A stretch of DNA of 63,799 nt, counting the filler, from Basidiobolus ranarum (Eukaryota), in assembly GCA_040143965.1 (NCBI GenBank). It is 18 parts of 18 records of this genome, joined end to end, with 100 filler letters (N's around TTAATTAATTAA, not from the genome) between each part and the next. Parts side by side here need not be neighbours in the genome. Positions count along the whole stretch, not along the records: positions 60,363 to 63,799 come from JASJQH010009366.1; 17 more parts are not named here. One strand, given 5' to 3'. This document shows positions 62,165 through 63,799 of the stretch, piece by piece; positions within the stretch are counted from its first letter, which is position 1, and each line of letters starts with the position of its first letter. Position numbers and translations under genes: made by a program. The notes beneath the pieces are model-generated. The model was not told the origin of the DNA, ran no database searches, and saw nothing but the letters and a program-made list of their open reading frames with translations.

Positions 62165-63799
62165 AAGTGAGTTCATGCAATAAGAATATATTAACAATAT
62201 TGACAAATAACTGTTATTGTTGCCCACACTTATCATGCAGAAATCTTTTCAAAATTCCACTTAAATATATACAAATCCAATGTTCCAGTCTTTGCATTTG
62301 AATAAACACCTAGATGAGTGGATATTGATGGGAGTCCTGTTAAAATATGATGGTATCTTGACATTTTCAAGCATTTTCACAATCAATTCAAACTTTGATC
62401 CTATCTCAAATGGCTCATTCATATTAATTTTTCACTATATAGCTGAGTAAGTAGTGCTGGAATGTTTTGAACAGTAAGTGCATAGTGTCTAATTGGAAGC
62501 TCTGGCTCCAGCTGATCCCCTTTAGCAATATAATCTTAAGCTTACAGCTAATATCAAGTTTGATGTTGGACTGACTATTTGGTAAGTTGGTCTCCATGAT
62601 CATGTTGAAGTCTAACCTGGCACTTGACACTAAAATCATGGAGTTTAGTGTTGTATTTGGATAGTAGTAATGTGTATGCCTGTTAGAATAAACTCCATTG
62701 ATTTGACAAAATCTACTGCAAGATAGTGCATTGTGCCAGCAAAAACCTCAAGTTTACTGATGGCAGGAGTATCACCAATACATACAACAATATTAGCTTT
62801 AATAAAATATTCACCCATCTGAACCCCATTAGATAACCATTCAAATTCCGCAATCAAAGACTCCAAGAAGCTATCTATAAGCACTGGTGATTTAGGTCCA
62901 GATATGATGGATAGTTTCAAAATATTATGACTCTTATACCATTCAGAAGGAGGAAGATATATGTTGATTAAAATTGTTGGCTTGCAAGCCTTTCCAACGA
63001 TATATTTGTTTAGTGAGAAGCCATTCAGAGCCAAAGCAAATGCATGATGATATGTGTGCTCAAATAAACCTTGACTTTTCAGGTTCTGGAAGTGATATCC
63101 ATCAAGTATATTGCTAATATCATCAGCTTTATGGTTAGTACTTCAATATTGCATCAAGGATCTATATTTGGGTGATTGCATCAAAACTTTAAGACAGGGA
63201 ATCAATGGTATATAAGCCAAATATGAACAATATTTACCTAATTCAGTGATTGCCAATTGTGGGCAAACAGTACATGACTTCAGGTTTTTCAGATCACTGG
63301 TGAAGGCCAAACAACCAATTTGACATGAAGGTAGTTTAATTACTGAAGGATAATAAGTCATTAAATTAAAAAGTGTTTTCCACTTGTACCAGGTCTGTGG
63401 CAAGCAACAGTTGCCAATCAACTGTGGTAAAAGTATATGAAAACCAATAAACACCTGGTTGCTAAGATTGGATTGAACTCTGCCTCCTCAATAATCAAAG
63501 CTGCTTCCTTTACAGTAAGTGTTATGAGTGAAGTAATGTTTGCCAATAACAAAGAGTTTGTAACAAAACTGTCATCTTGTTCTTCAACTTCTGATATACT
63601 ACCATTGGTACTGGAATAACCAAGGTCAACATCTGGCAGCAAGTCCTCAAGGTTGTCTGGACTTACTGGTTTAAACAAAGTTGCATTTTGGCCTACATCA
63701 TTCTGGTCATATAACTGTGGTAACTCCATGGTATCATGACTTTTGGCAGTGTTACCAAAACTCTGAGGCAAACTACAGTCAGTGAACTCAATGGCCGAG
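62165..63799 (-). mobile_element. Second CMC transposase copy, inverted
   Basis: LNGFSL, LPPSEWYK, IISGPKSPVLIDSFLESLIAEF, IGDTPAISKL and TMHLLF. Confidence 0.9.

Overview
This window is not one locus. It is 18 unrelated, size-sorted contigs (3463 down to 3437 bp) joined by 100-nt artificial linkers (N44-TTAATTAATTAA-N44), so adjacency across linkers means nothing. The source looks like an AT-rich, intron-rich, TE-laden early-diverging fungus (Zoopagomycota/Mucoromycota-like; inferred). Most of the sequence is decayed, CpG-depleted transposon debris. It includes Ty1/copia elements with three LTR families and half-tRNAiMet (Ty5/hemivirus-type) primer sites, a Ty3/gypsy gag-protease, and many fragments of one CMC (CACTA/EnSpm-like) DNA transposon. 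From overlapping copies that transposon reconstructs to about 5 kb, with CCCTAACA termini, a roughly 900-aa DDE transposase and a divergently oriented roughly 560-aa accessory ORF with no family I can recognise. Host genes are a SWF1-like DHHC palmitoyltransferase, a Thr-repeat/CBM19 chitin-binding protein, two tandem ArAE/FUSC-like transporters, a GH20 hexosaminidase, the PP2A scaffold subunit, NUP85, aspartate kinase and an RGG/MPLKIP(TTDN1)-like protein. The clearest single surprise is a textbook U12-type AT-AC minor-spliceosome intron in the aspartate kinase gene (57554-57626), followed by a cluster of seven GGACA motifs just after that gene's stop codon.
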